This document shows positions 14,693-23,565 of a stretch of 29,971 bases of DNA, piece after piece. Location of the stretch: positions 1 to 29,971 of the IMG/VR virus record IMGVR_UViG_3300049732_000020; one strand, written 5' to 3'. Source of the stretch: a virus (taxonomy: Duplodnaviria; Caudoviricetes). Below the pieces are notes generated by a model. It worked only from the letters and a program-made list of their open reading frames with translations. It was not told the origin of the DNA and searched no databases. A program made the translations under genes and the position numbers. How positions within the stretch are numbered: the first letter of the stretch is position 1; the number at the start of each line of letters is the position of its first letter.

Positions 14693-15426
14693 TGGCGACC
14701 TTCGGCGATGCGATCAAGGCGGCGCTGCAGGATCTCGGCGTGGTCGATGCGGCCTCTGCGCCGAGCGCGGAAGACTCGGAACTCGCCCGCCTGCGTGCGA
14801 ACGACTGGCTCGACAGCCTGCAGCATGACCATCTCGCGATCCCCTACATCGCGCGCACCACGTGGACGCTGACGACGGCGAGCAGTTACACCATCGGCGC
14901 GGCTGGGACGATTGTCGTGGCGCGGCCGGCGAGCCGGAACGCCATCACCGCCATCGGCTACATCGACACGGCGCAGGATCCGGACGCGGAGTATCTGGTC
15001 GAGAACTTCACCGATGAGGCCTTCGCCGAGATCGCGATGAAGGCGCAGACCAACTCTGTTCCGTATGGCTTCTACTACCGGCCCACGAGCCCGACCGGCA
15101 CGATCATTCCGTGGCCGATTCCGGACGGCACGTCCACGCTGACGGGCGTGATCTACACGCTGGCGCAGCTCACGCAGATTTCTGCGCTCACCGACACGTT
15201 CACGCCGGCCACGGGTTACGCGCGCTTCTTCCGGACGAATCTGGCCGTTGAACTCGCGCCGGCGTTCGAGCGCGAGCCCTCACCGTCGCTGTTGCGCGCG
15301 GCGATGGATAGCAAGGCGCAAGTGCTTAGCGACAACTACCGGCCGCTCATCTTGAAGGGCGACCCGGCGTTGTCCACGTCCTCGGGTGGACGCTGGGACA
15401 TCAACACGGACCAGTGGCGCCGCTGA
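14692..15426 (+). CDS. Head-tail adaptor (P22 gp4-like)
   Basis: GDAIKAALQDLGVV...PSAED...NDWLDS...NLAVELAPAF. Confidence 0.85.
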   Translation: MATFGDAIKAALQDLGVVDAASAPSAEDSELARLRANDWLDSLQHDHLAIPYIARTTWTLTTASSYTIGAAGTIVVARPASRNAITAIGYIDTAQDPDAEYLVENFTDEAFAEIAMKAQTNSVPYGFYYRPTSPTGTIIPWPIPDGTSTLTGVIYTLAQLTQISALTDTFTPATGYARFFRTNLAVELAPAFEREPSPSLLRAAMDSKAQVLSDNYRPLILKGDPALSTSSGGRWDINTDQWRR

Positions 15427-16898
15427 TGCCGACCTATCCAGGCTTCATCGGCGGATCGTCAGTCGCCCACAGCGAATGGGCGAGCGGGGAGCGTACGGTC
15501 AATTACTACGTCGAACGCATGGACTCGGCGACCTCGCCGTTCCCGCTCGCGCTCTATCCCTCGCCGGGCATGGAGTCTGTCGCTGAGGCGACGTCGTCTC
15601 CAGGGCGCGGCAGTCTCAAGTTGGTGCACCAGGGCACCGAACGGGCGTTCTGCGTCATCGGGACGCTGTTCGGCGAGCTGTCCTCGGTGTATGGCCTGAC
15701 GGTGATCGGCGCCGTCGCCGTAGACAGCCATCCGGCGACGCTGGCGTGGAATGGCGACGGCGGCGGCCAGGTGCTCGTCGCCTCGGGCGACAAGGGCTAT
15801 CTCTACGACCTCGATTCCGGCGTCTTCTCGACGGTGCGGACGAGTGCCACCACGATGGTGGTGCATCTCGATGGCTACTTCCTGGCGCTGGATACGAATA
15901 CGAGCACGGTCTATCGCTCGGCGCTGCTCGATGGCACGTCGTGGGACGGCACGGAGTTCCACCAGCGGTCGATCGCCTCGGATCCGTGGGTCGCGATTGC
16001 GGTCCTCGATCGCTACCTGTGGCACTTCGGCACGGAGACGACTGAGGTTTGGTACAACCAGGGCTCGCTCAACGATCCCTTCGTCCCGCATCCCTCTGGC
16101 CTTGTGCCCTACGGCTGTATTGCGCCGTTCTCGGTGCAGGTCGTGTCTGGGACGTTGATGTGGCTGTCGCAGACCACGGAAGGCAACGGCGCGATTCTGC
16201 GGACCTCCGGATTCTCGCCGGAAGTCGTGAGCACGTTCGCGGCGCACATTGCTGTCGAAGAGGAAACGCGGATCGAGGACGCGATCGGGGACGTCTACGA
16301 AGACCTCGGGCACACGTTCTACCTGCTGACGTTGCCCACGGTGGGCCGAACGCTCTGCTACGACGCCACGCAGATCATGCAGATTCCGGCGTCGATGCGC
16401 TGGACGGATCGCGGGACGTGGCTGTCGGAGGAAAACCGCTTCGACGCGTGGCGGCCGCTGTACCACCTGTTTGTCTTCGGGCAGCATCTCGCGCTCGACC
16501 GCACGACGGGCGACGTCCTGCGGCTGCATGCGGACCTCGGCTTCGACGCCGATGAGCGCCCCTTGCGGCGCGTGCGACGGCCGCAGGGCGTATGGTCAGG
16601 GAATCGCCGCGTGTTCGTCGCGGAGTTCGAAGTCTTCGCGGAGCCGGGGCTTGGGCTGGCGACCGGACAGGGCAGCGATCCACAGATGGCCTTGCGGGTG
16701 AGTGTCAATGGCGGGAAGACGTGGGGCGCGGAACGCTCACGCAGTGCCGGCGAACTCGGGAACTACACGGCGCGCATGCGGTGGCATCGCTGCGGGAGCG
16801 GGCGCTATTGGGTGCCTGAACTCGTGGTGACCGATCCGGTGCCGTGGCGGTTGGTCGGGGCGCAGTATCGCGGGACGCCGATGGAGCGGGCGGCCTGA
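15426..16898 (+). CDS. Tail hub / DNA stabilisation protein (P22 gp10-like)
   Basis: LYPSPG, LDGYF, FGTETTEVW, GHTFYLLT, GQGSDPQMALRVS.NGGKTWG...GELGNY..R.RW. Confidence 0.92.
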   Translation: MPTYPGFIGGSSVAHSEWASGERTVNYYVERMDSATSPFPLALYPSPGMESVAEATSSPGRGSLKLVHQGTERAFCVIGTLFGELSSVYGLTVIGAVAVDSHPATLAWNGDGGGQVLVASGDKGYLYDLDSGVFSTVRTSATTMVVHLDGYFLALDTNTSTVYRSALLDGTSWDGTEFHQRSIASDPWVAIAVLDRYLWHFGTETTEVWYNQGSLNDPFVPHPSGLVPYGCIAPFSVQVVSGTLMWLSQTTEGNGAILRTSGFSPEVVSTFAAHIAVEEETRIEDAIGDVYEDLGHTFYLLTLPTVGRTLCYDATQIMQIPASMRWTDRGTWLSEENRFDAWRPLYHLFVFGQHLALDRTTGDVLRLHADLGFDADERPLRRVRRPQGVWSGNRRVFVAEFEVFAEPGLGLATGQGSDPQMALRVSVNGGKTWGAERSRSAGELGNYTARMRWHRCGSGRYWVPELVVTDPVPWRLVGAQYRGTPMERAA

Positions 16899-17374
16899 TG
16901 CCGTTGACATTCGCCCCGGCGCCGATTCGCGACCCGATTGCGGTTCAGCAAACCAACGTCATCACGCAGCCGTGGATTGATTGGCTCGCGGCGCTGGTGC
17001 AGGCCATCGACGCGACGCCAGAGCGGGTGGATTCGACAACGGTCCAAGACCAGAGCGCCAGCATCGTGGCGACGCCGCTGGGGAATGCCTTGTCGGCGGG
17101 GACGTATCGCGTGAGCTGGTATGCCCGCATCACGCGAGCGGGCACCGTCTCGAGCACGCTGACCGTGACGATTGGCTGGACGGAATCGTCACAGGCGTTG
17201 ACGTCGTCCGGTGCGGCGATCACGGGGAACACGGTGACGACGACGCAGTCCGGGTCGGTGCTGATCGACATCGACCACGCCGCGTCGCTCACATATGCCA
17301 CGACCTACGGGAGTGTGGGCGCGACGTCGATGCAGTATCGGCTCACGGTGGTCGTGGAGAGCGTGAACGTATGA
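16898..17374 (+). CDS. Tail-associated virion protein (needle/plug position)
   Basis: APIRDPI...ITQPWIDWL N-terminus followed by a beta-rich domain; follows gp10. Confidence 0.65.
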   Translation: MPLTFAPAPIRDPIAVQQTNVITQPWIDWLAALVQAIDATPERVDSTTVQDQSASIVATPLGNALSAGTYRVSWYARITRAGTVSSTLTVTIGWTESSQALTSSGAAITGNTVTTTQSGSVLIDIDHAASLTYATTYGSVGATSMQYRLTVVVESVNV

Positions 17375-17733
17375 CGGCGCGGATTCTCGAGCCGAACGAG
17401 TATCACCGGCTGGCCGGGACGGAAGCGGATGGCGTGTGGCCGCATCTGACGGAAGAGGCGAAGGTGGTGGTCATCGAGGACGCCGGCGAGATCGTGGGGT
17501 GCCAGATTCTCCAGCCGGTCCTGCATGCCGAGTGCGTGTGGGTGCGGCCGGACCATCGCGGGCGTGGCGTCGTGCAGCAGTTGTGGGCGGCTGTGCAGCG
17601 CGCGGCGGTGGTGCATTTCGGCGTGAAGGCGGTTGTGGGGAGCGCGGTCGATGACCGCATGCGCGCGGTGTTGCGGCATCTCGGGGCCGTGCGCGTGGCG
17701 GGCGATTTGTTTACGGTGCCAGTGAAAGGGTAG
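17371..17733 (+). CDS. GNAT acetyltransferase (P22 gp14-like position)
   Basis: VWVRPDHRGRGV acetyl-CoA motif A. Confidence 0.8.
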   Translation: MTARILEPNEYHRLAGTEADGVWPHLTEEAKVVVIEDAGEIVGCQILQPVLHAECVWVRPDHRGRGVVQQLWAAVQRAAVVHFGVKAVVGSAVDDRMRAVLRHLGAVRVAGDLFTVPVKG

Positions 17734-17737
17734 CGCG

Positions 17738-18109
17738 ATGGGGCAACAAGCCGCACTGCAGTTGATTCCTGGGTTTGGCTCGATGTACAGCGCCGCGCTG
17801 CAGGACAAAGCGAACCGGCGAGCCTTGCAGGCGCAGATCACCGCGAACGATGACGCGCTGAACTTCGCGAAGGAACTGGAGCGCCAGCGGCAGCTCGAGC
17901 ACGAACAGGAAGAGGCCGAGCGCCGCGCGCAGTGGGAGGCCTACGAGCAGCAGCGCCAGCCCTACCGGGATGCCGCGTCGTCGATTCTGGACGCCCGCAT
18001 GGGGCGCCCGCGCGGCTCGTCTGGTCAGCGCCTGAGCGGCATGCTGGGGCCGACTGGCCCATCGGCGCCGAAGGCACCGGGACGACTCAGCCGCTTGGGA
18101 GGCTACTAA
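17738..18109 (+). CDS. Ejection protein (gp7-like, N-terminal part)
   Basis: Q/A/E-rich helix ending QPYRDAA; first gene of the ejection cluster. Confidence 0.65.
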   Translation: MGQQAALQLIPGFGSMYSAALQDKANRRALQAQITANDDALNFAKELERQRQLEHEQEEAERRAQWEAYEQQRQPYRDAASSILDARMGRPRGSSGQRLSGMLGPTGPSAPKAPGRLSRLGGY

Positions 18110-18110
18110 C

Positions 18111-18704
18111 ATGATGGTCTGGGATCCGCTTCGTGGTGAGTGGGTGGACGAACGCGATGACACGTACGCGCCGTCGCCGAATACTGGCGATGTGCCACCT
18201 GGGCAGGCCAGGGTCTTCGGTAGCGGCGGCGACTCTCCATACAGCGCGGGCGACGAAGGCGGGCTCACGCGCTATCCAGGCCCATTCCGTCCCAACTACA
18301 GCTTCGGTGCCGCACCCTCGTTCGAGTTCCGCCGTCCCACGGGCGCGGATGTCGAAGCCGATCCCAGTTTCGACTTTCGCCGAGGCCTGGGACAAAAGGG
18401 CATTGAGCAGAGCGCCGCCGCGCGAGGCCTGCTGCGCACCGGCGGCACGCTGAAAGACATCCTCGGCTTCAACCAGAACTTCGCGAGCCAGGAATACAGC
18501 AACGTCTATGACCGGATGTTCCGCGAAGCGCAGGAGAACTACCGCCCGCGGTTCAACGAATGGATGTTCCTGCAGCAAGCGAACCAGCGCGCGGCCGATC
18601 TCGAGTGGCAGCGGTTCTGGGACGAGTGGACGTACAACAACCCGAGCGCGACCACGATCTACAACGCCGGGCAGGATGGCCCACCGGACGTGGGGCGACG
18701 GTAA
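18111..18704 (+). CDS. DNA transfer/ejection protein (gp7-like core)
   Basis: DPSFDFRRGLGQKGIEQSAAARGLLRTGGTLK...FASQEY motif. Confidence 0.75.
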   Translation: MMVWDPLRGEWVDERDDTYAPSPNTGDVPPGQARVFGSGGDSPYSAGDEGGLTRYPGPFRPNYSFGAAPSFEFRRPTGADVEADPSFDFRRGLGQKGIEQSAAARGLLRTGGTLKDILGFNQNFASQEYSNVYDRMFREAQENYRPRFNEWMFLQQANQRAADLEWQRFWDEWTYNNPSATTIYNAGQDGPPDVGRR

Positions 18705-20075
18705 ATGGCGATCCCCTACGCCCGCCGTGCGTATGACCTTGAGCCGGCCCACCGGCTCGTGGATCTCCTGCTGCGTCGTGGCGACATCCAGGCGCGCGGG
18801 CTTTCGCAGGAGAGCGCGGGGAAGCAGGAAGCGGCGCGGTCCTTGGGGCAACTCGCCTTGCAGGGGATGGACCGCTATCGGCAGGGGCAGATCGACGAAC
18901 GCGACGCGGCGGCGGCAGCGCAGGAAGGCACACTGCGACAACTCCAGATCGACGCGGCGACGCGCAGTGGGCAGGCCGCGGAGCAGACGCAGGCGGATGA
19001 TCTCCGGCGCCGCGGGATCATGCGGAGCGGTGGGACACGCGCGGAGATCCTGAAGCAACTTGAGCGCGATCCGGAGGGCTACGCCAAAGCGCAGGAGCAC
19101 TTCGCCTCGGTCGATGCCGCGAAGAATCGCCTCTGGGGCACGGTGGCGGCGGCGGTGCGGGACTTCGGAGACTCACCGGACGCGGCGATGGCGGGCCTCG
19201 ACGAGATGATCCGCATGGGCTTCGACGAGCGGGCTCTCGAGGGCATCCGCGCACGCATCCAGCAGGATCCCAAGTCCGTGCCGGGCATCATCGATCACTT
19301 CTTGAAAAACAGTCCCGATGAAGCCCACCAGGCGCGCGTCACGAAGCCGCCAGAGCGCGGGCAATACCTGAATCTCGGCGCTGGTGGTGTGTTCGACACG
19401 GCGACGCGGTCAGTGGTGGAGGGGACCGCGCAGCCGCCTGATGCGCCTTCGCGTGATCCGAACCCGACCGAGGCGTCGCTCGCGGCGCGGGCGGCGGCTG
19501 GAGACGAGCAGGCCAAGCAGGCGCTCAAGATTCTACGCGACCAGCGGGCGACGGATCGGTCCACGGGCGGGACGCAGATGTCTCCGTCGATGGAGGCCAA
19601 CGTCATCAACCGACTCTCGACGCAGTGGCAGCGTGCCGTGGCGCCTGTCGCGGAACTCGATCGGCAGGGAAAAATCATGGACGCAGCGCTTGACGCCGCG
19701 CGCCGCGGCGACATTGCGCAGGGCTCAGAGGCGCTGCTGGTGACGTTCCAGAAGATCCTCGATCCGACGTCGGTGGTCCGTGAAACGGAGGCCATGCGAA
19801 GCGTTGGCATGCAATCGCTGATGAGCCGCGCCCAAGGCGCGTTGCAGCGCATCCAGCAAGGCGGTTCAGGGTTGACGCTTGCGGAACAGGAGAAATACGC
19901 CACGCTCGCGCGTGAGCTCATCACGGCGCAAGTCGGCGGCTATCTGAAGGCGCAGAAGGAGCGCATCGGCAAGACGGCCGATCGCTACAACATCCCGCGT
20001 GAGTTGATTTTCGAGGACTACGAATTCGGCAAGCCGACGAGCGGGAAGTACTCCGTTGTGAGCGTGGAGAACTGA
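18705..20075 (+). CDS. Ejection protein (gp20-like position)
   Basis: Helical, Q/A-rich; C-terminal ALLVTFQKILDPTSVVRE motif. Confidence 0.7.
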   Translation: MAIPYARRAYDLEPAHRLVDLLLRRGDIQARGLSQESAGKQEAARSLGQLALQGMDRYRQGQIDERDAAAAAQEGTLRQLQIDAATRSGQAAEQTQADDLRRRGIMRSGGTRAEILKQLERDPEGYAKAQEHFASVDAAKNRLWGTVAAAVRDFGDSPDAAMAGLDEMIRMGFDERALEGIRARIQQDPKSVPGIIDHFLKNSPDEAHQARVTKPPERGQYLNLGAGGVFDTATRSVVEGTAQPPDAPSRDPNPTEASLAARAAAGDEQAKQALKILRDQRATDRSTGGTQMSPSMEANVINRLSTQWQRAVAPVAELDRQGKIMDAALDAARRGDIAQGSEALLVTFQKILDPTSVVRETEAMRSVGMQSLMSRAQGALQRIQQGGSGLTLAEQEKYATLARELITAQVGGYLKAQKERIGKTADRYNIPRELIFEDYEFGKPTSGKYSVVSVEN

Positions 20076-21565
20076 TGCCGCAGCAGACCTACACCGTGCG
20101 CGACAACGACACGGGCGAGACGTTCCGCTTCCAGTGGTCCGGCGCGCAGCCGCCCACGGAGCAGGACATCAAGGCCAAGGTCGAAGAGGAGCGCGCGAAG
20201 AAGGTGCCGCCAACGCCGGCCCCATCGCATGAGCCCGATCGCCTGGAGCAACTCGCCAACGATGTCGAGGACTTCGCGATCGGAGGCGTGCTCCGGAGCG
20301 GTGTCGCGCGGTCGGCCTACAACGCCGCGCGGCTCATGACGAAGCCCGCGCCAGGCGCAAGTCCACTGCCGGAAGATCCGGCGTTCCTGCAGCCGAAGAA
20401 CGACGCGGAGCGCGCGGGACAGGCCCTCGAGCAGATGGCCGAGTTCTTCGTCCCCAGCGCCGCGATCTCGAAGGTGCCTCGACTTGCGACGGCGCCGACG
20501 CTGGCGAAGGCCGCGATGGAGGCTGCCGGTTCGGCGGGCGTGGCGACGGTGCAGGGCGGGAATCCGGCGACCGCTGCGGCGACCGCGGCGCTCGGGCCGG
20601 TATTGGGCAAGGTGCTGACGTCGGTGCCGAAGGCCTTGCGTGTCGGGGCTGAGGAACAGGTCACGAAAGCCCTCGGCGCGACGAAAGAACGATACAAGGC
20701 GATGGCGAATCGCCTCGCGCCGCAGATCCTCAAGCGTGGCCTTGGCGGAAGTCGCGAGTCACTCTTGGCGCAGGCGACAGAGACGGCCTCACTCGTGGGC
20801 GATGAGATTGACGACGCCTTGATGCGCGTCGGGGCACGTGGCGTGGATCCGAAACCCGTGATCGACGCATTGGAGAGTGCGAAGGACGCGTTCCGTACGA
20901 CCGCGCTCGACGGCACCGTGGTCGTGTTCGAGCCACGGTCCATCAAGCAACTGGAAAAGTTGCAGAAGATTGTCGGCGACCTCGGCCCGAACGCGTCCGT
21001 TGACCAACTCGTGGCCGTGCGGCGCGCGTGGGACAAGGTTGTGGATCAGGCTGGCGGGTTCTCTCATCGAGCGCCGGGCGCGATCGGCGTGCCCCTGAAG
21101 GACACGACCGAGGCATGGGCGAAGCGCGAAGCGAGCGGCGCGATTCGTAAGCTGCTGGAAGTCGAAGCGCCAGACCTGGCCGCGGTCAACAAAGAGTACG
21201 CCTTTTGGAAACAACTCGAGGACGTGCTGACGCAGACGCAGCAGCGCACGCAACCGCAGGGGAAGGGCATCGGCTCGATCGCCACGAAAGGCGCAGGGCA
21301 GGTTGTGGGCGGGATAGCCGGGTCATCTGGTGGGCCGATGGGTGCGGTTGGCGGCGCCGTGGTGGTCGGGCAACTCGCGGAGATGGCGCGGCGGGCGTTC
21401 ACGTCTCCGCGCTGGCGGCTGATTGATGCGCGGCTGCGGAATCAGCTCGCCGATGCGCTGTCGTCAGGGAACACGCAGCAGGCGACGAACGTGCTCACGC
21501 GGATTACGGCGTTTCTCGGGTCGAAGGTGGGCGGCTCAATGCCGGCGCCGCAGGCGTCGCATTAG
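20075..21565 (+). CDS. Ejection protein (gp16-like position)
   Basis: N-terminal YTVRD...PPTEQDI, G/A-rich putative membrane segments; last gene of the cluster. Confidence 0.7.
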   Translation: MPQQTYTVRDNDTGETFRFQWSGAQPPTEQDIKAKVEEERAKKVPPTPAPSHEPDRLEQLANDVEDFAIGGVLRSGVARSAYNAARLMTKPAPGASPLPEDPAFLQPKNDAERAGQALEQMAEFFVPSAAISKVPRLATAPTLAKAAMEAAGSAGVATVQGGNPATAAATAALGPVLGKVLTSVPKALRVGAEEQVTKALGATKERYKAMANRLAPQILKRGLGGSRESLLAQATETASLVGDEIDDALMRVGARGVDPKPVIDALESAKDAFRTTALDGTVVVFEPRSIKQLEKLQKIVGDLGPNASVDQLVAVRRAWDKVVDQAGGFSHRAPGAIGVPLKDTTEAWAKREASGAIRKLLEVEAPDLAAVNKEYAFWKQLEDVLTQTQQRTQPQGKGIGSIATKGAGQVVGGIAGSSGGPMGAVGGAVVVGQLAEMARRAFTSPRWRLIDARLRNQLADALSSGNTQQATNVLTRITAFLGSKVGGSMPAPQASH

Positions 21566-21717
21566 TCACCGGGGATGGCGTCGTAGATCGCATCCCCAAA
21601 CGCATTGAGCCACGCGGGCGCGTAGATGTTTTGGGTGTAGGCGTAGAAGAGAGCGAGACACAGGTAGCCGATGAGGAACCATTTACAGACGGTCCACGCA
21701 CGACGGGCCACGGTCAT
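21562..21717 (-). CDS. 51-aa membrane protein, candidate superinfection exclusion
   Basis: Not in the ORF track. MTVARRAWTVCKWFLIGYLCLALFYAYTQNIYAPAWLNAFGDAIYDAIPGD; one TM segment; fills the intergenic gap exactly. Confidence 0.65.
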   Translation of the reverse strand: MTVARRAWTVCKWFLIGYLCLALFYAYTQNIYAPAWLNAFGDAIYDAIPGD

Positions 21718-21725
21718 AACCGATC

Positions 21726-21734
21726 AGTGTAGCA
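21726..21734 (-). promoter_or_regulatory. Extended -10 promoter (near-leaderless transcript)
   Basis: TGCTACACT on the minus strand, 8 nt upstream of the ATG at 21717. Confidence 0.6.
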
Positions 21735-21745
21735 GGAACTAGACG

Positions 21746-22462
21746 ATGCCTGGGACCTTGGCTCCGTTCTTTCGGCAACAGTGGTTCGACGGCAACGGCG
21801 ACCCGCTCAGTAGCGGTTCGCTCGAAACCTATCTCGCCGGAACCTCTACGCCTGTCGCGACTTACTCCGATGTCGGTCTGGGCGTCGCCAACCCCACGAC
21901 TATCACGCTGAACTCGGCCGGGCGGCCAGAAGTCAGCTCGGTGGAGGTCGCGATCTTTCTGGTGCCTGGTGTCAGTTACAAAGTCATCTGCAAGAACAGC
22001 GCAGGCACCGTCATCTGGACCCAAGACAACGTGTCCGCGGTGCCGCCCACGACCATCGATCTGGACGTCACCGGGACGGCTGGCGTGACGTTGACGGCTG
22101 GCGAGGTGGTCTACCTCTCGGATGGCTCCGGAAGCCTCGTGGCGGGGCGCTGGTACAAGGGCGACGCGGATCTCTACTACGCCTCGGTGCTCGCGCTCGC
22201 GGTGGGATTCGCGACGGCAGCCATCAGCAGCGGCTCGAGCGGCTCGGTGCGGCGCGCAGGTCGGGTGACGGGCCTTTCGGGCTTGACGGCTGGGCAGACC
22301 TATTTCATTTCGGCCACGGCTGGCGCGTTGACGGCGACGCCTCCCGCGTTCGCGCGTGCGGTGGGCATCGCGGATTCCACGACGTCACTCATCATCGTGC
22401 CCACGGCGCCGTTCCTGAATTCCGCGGATGACGGCATCTTGGCGACGGAGGTCTTCAGCTAA
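21746..22462 (+). CDS. Tail fibre/spike anchor protein
   Basis: FDGNGDPLSSG...YLAGTSTPVATYSD...NPTTITLNSAGR head-binding domain, cement-like domain, C-terminal ILATEVFS. Confidence 0.82.
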   Translation: MPGTLAPFFRQQWFDGNGDPLSSGSLETYLAGTSTPVATYSDVGLGVANPTTITLNSAGRPEVSSVEVAIFLVPGVSYKVICKNSAGTVIWTQDNVSAVPPTTIDLDVTGTAGVTLTAGEVVYLSDGSGSLVAGRWYKGDADLYYASVLALAVGFATAAISSGSSGSVRRAGRVTGLSGLTAGQTYFISATAGALTATPPAFARAVGIADSTTSLIIVPTAPFLNSADDGILATEVFS

Positions 22463-22812
22463 TGGCGGTCTATACGAAGCAACTGTTGTCAGGCTCGACC
22501 AACGGGCTCGGGATTAAGGTCGTGCAGACGTCCACCGCGGGCACCTTGATCCACACGGCAGACTCGACGGCCAAGGATGAAGTCTGGCTGTGGGCGGTGA
22601 ACTCCGATACCTCCGCGCGGAAGCTGACGATTGAGTTCGGCGGGGTCAGCTCTCCGGATGATCTCATCGAGGTGACGATCCAGCCGGAAGACGGACTCTT
22701 CCCGGTCGTGCCGGGCATTCCGCTGACGGGCGGCGTGGTCGTGCGGGCCTTCTGCGCCTCAGCGAACGTCGTGATGATTCACGGCTACGTCAACCGGATC
22801 ACGGGGGCATAG
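22462..22812 (+). CDS. Virion structural protein (fibre subunit)
   Basis: TAATG coupling; beta-sandwich-like LLSGSTNG...DEVWLWAVN...HGYVNRI. Confidence 0.7.
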   Translation: MAVYTKQLLSGSTNGLGIKVVQTSTAGTLIHTADSTAKDEVWLWAVNSDTSARKLTIEFGGVSSPDDLIEVTIQPEDGLFPVVPGIPLTGGVVVRAFCASANVVMIHGYVNRITGA

Positions 22813-22814
22813 CG

Positions 22815-23096
22815 ATGGGCGCACGCATCCAGTATCGCTACTCGCCGGTTCGGCTGATTCAGCGCGGGACGATCACGATCACCGCCGGCAACGCGGCGGC
22901 TACGGCCACGGTGACGTCGGTGAACACCGCGAAGGCGCGGCTGACGCATCTGGGCGCGACGATCGACACGGGCGGATCGGCGGGCACGATCGCCGGCATA
23001 CGGCTGACGCTGACGAATGCCACAACCGTGACCGCCACACGGGTTGGTACGACGGAAGACTACACGGTGAGCTACGAGCTGGTGGAGTTCGTCTGA
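22815..23096 (+). CDS. Virion structural protein
   Basis: IQRGTITI...VTSVNTAKA...LTNATTVTATR...VSYELVEF fibre-tip pattern. Confidence 0.7.
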   Translation: MGARIQYRYSPVRLIQRGTITITAGNAAATATVTSVNTAKARLTHLGATIDTGGSAGTIAGIRLTLTNATTVTATRVGTTEDYTVSYELVEFV

Positions 23097-23548
23097 TGGC
23101 GTTTGGCATCCAGATCGACGCAGACGGGTTCGTGAAGGCGACACTCGACGCGCCGACACTGCCCGCGGTCTACACGATTCGCGGGGACGATCTCGACCCG
23201 ATCGTGCGGGACCAGATCGAGCGCGGGCTGCGGCGCTACGTCAACGGCGAGTGGGTGCCGCGGGTGATTCGCAGACGGCGCATCGGGCAGTACGAGTTCT
23301 TGAGCCGCTTTACCTTGGCGGAAGACATCGCGCTCGAGCAGTTCGCGCACACGACGGATCCGGAGGCGGCAACGACCGCGGCGACGGTGCGCGTGCTGTT
23401 CCGGCGATTCCAGTCCGCGCCGATCGTGGACTTGGACCACGCCGAGGTGCGGCAAGGACTGAACGAGATCGCGCGGGTGTTGATCGGGGCGGGCGTCTGG
23501 CGTGATCAGGCGGCGGCGGATGCGCGCGTCGCGGAGATTCTGGCGTGA
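23096..23548 (+). CDS. Putative tail fibre assembly protein
   Basis: FLSRFTLAE...VDLD...GL...RVAEILA pattern; located in the fibre locus. Confidence 0.6.
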   Translation: MAFGIQIDADGFVKATLDAPTLPAVYTIRGDDLDPIVRDQIERGLRRYVNGEWVPRVIRRRRIGQYEFLSRFTLAEDIALEQFAHTTDPEAATTAATVRVLFRRFQSAPIVDLDHAEVRQGLNEIARVLIGAGVWRDQAAADARVAEILA

Positions 23549-23565
23549 GCATGGAGGGCCTTGGA

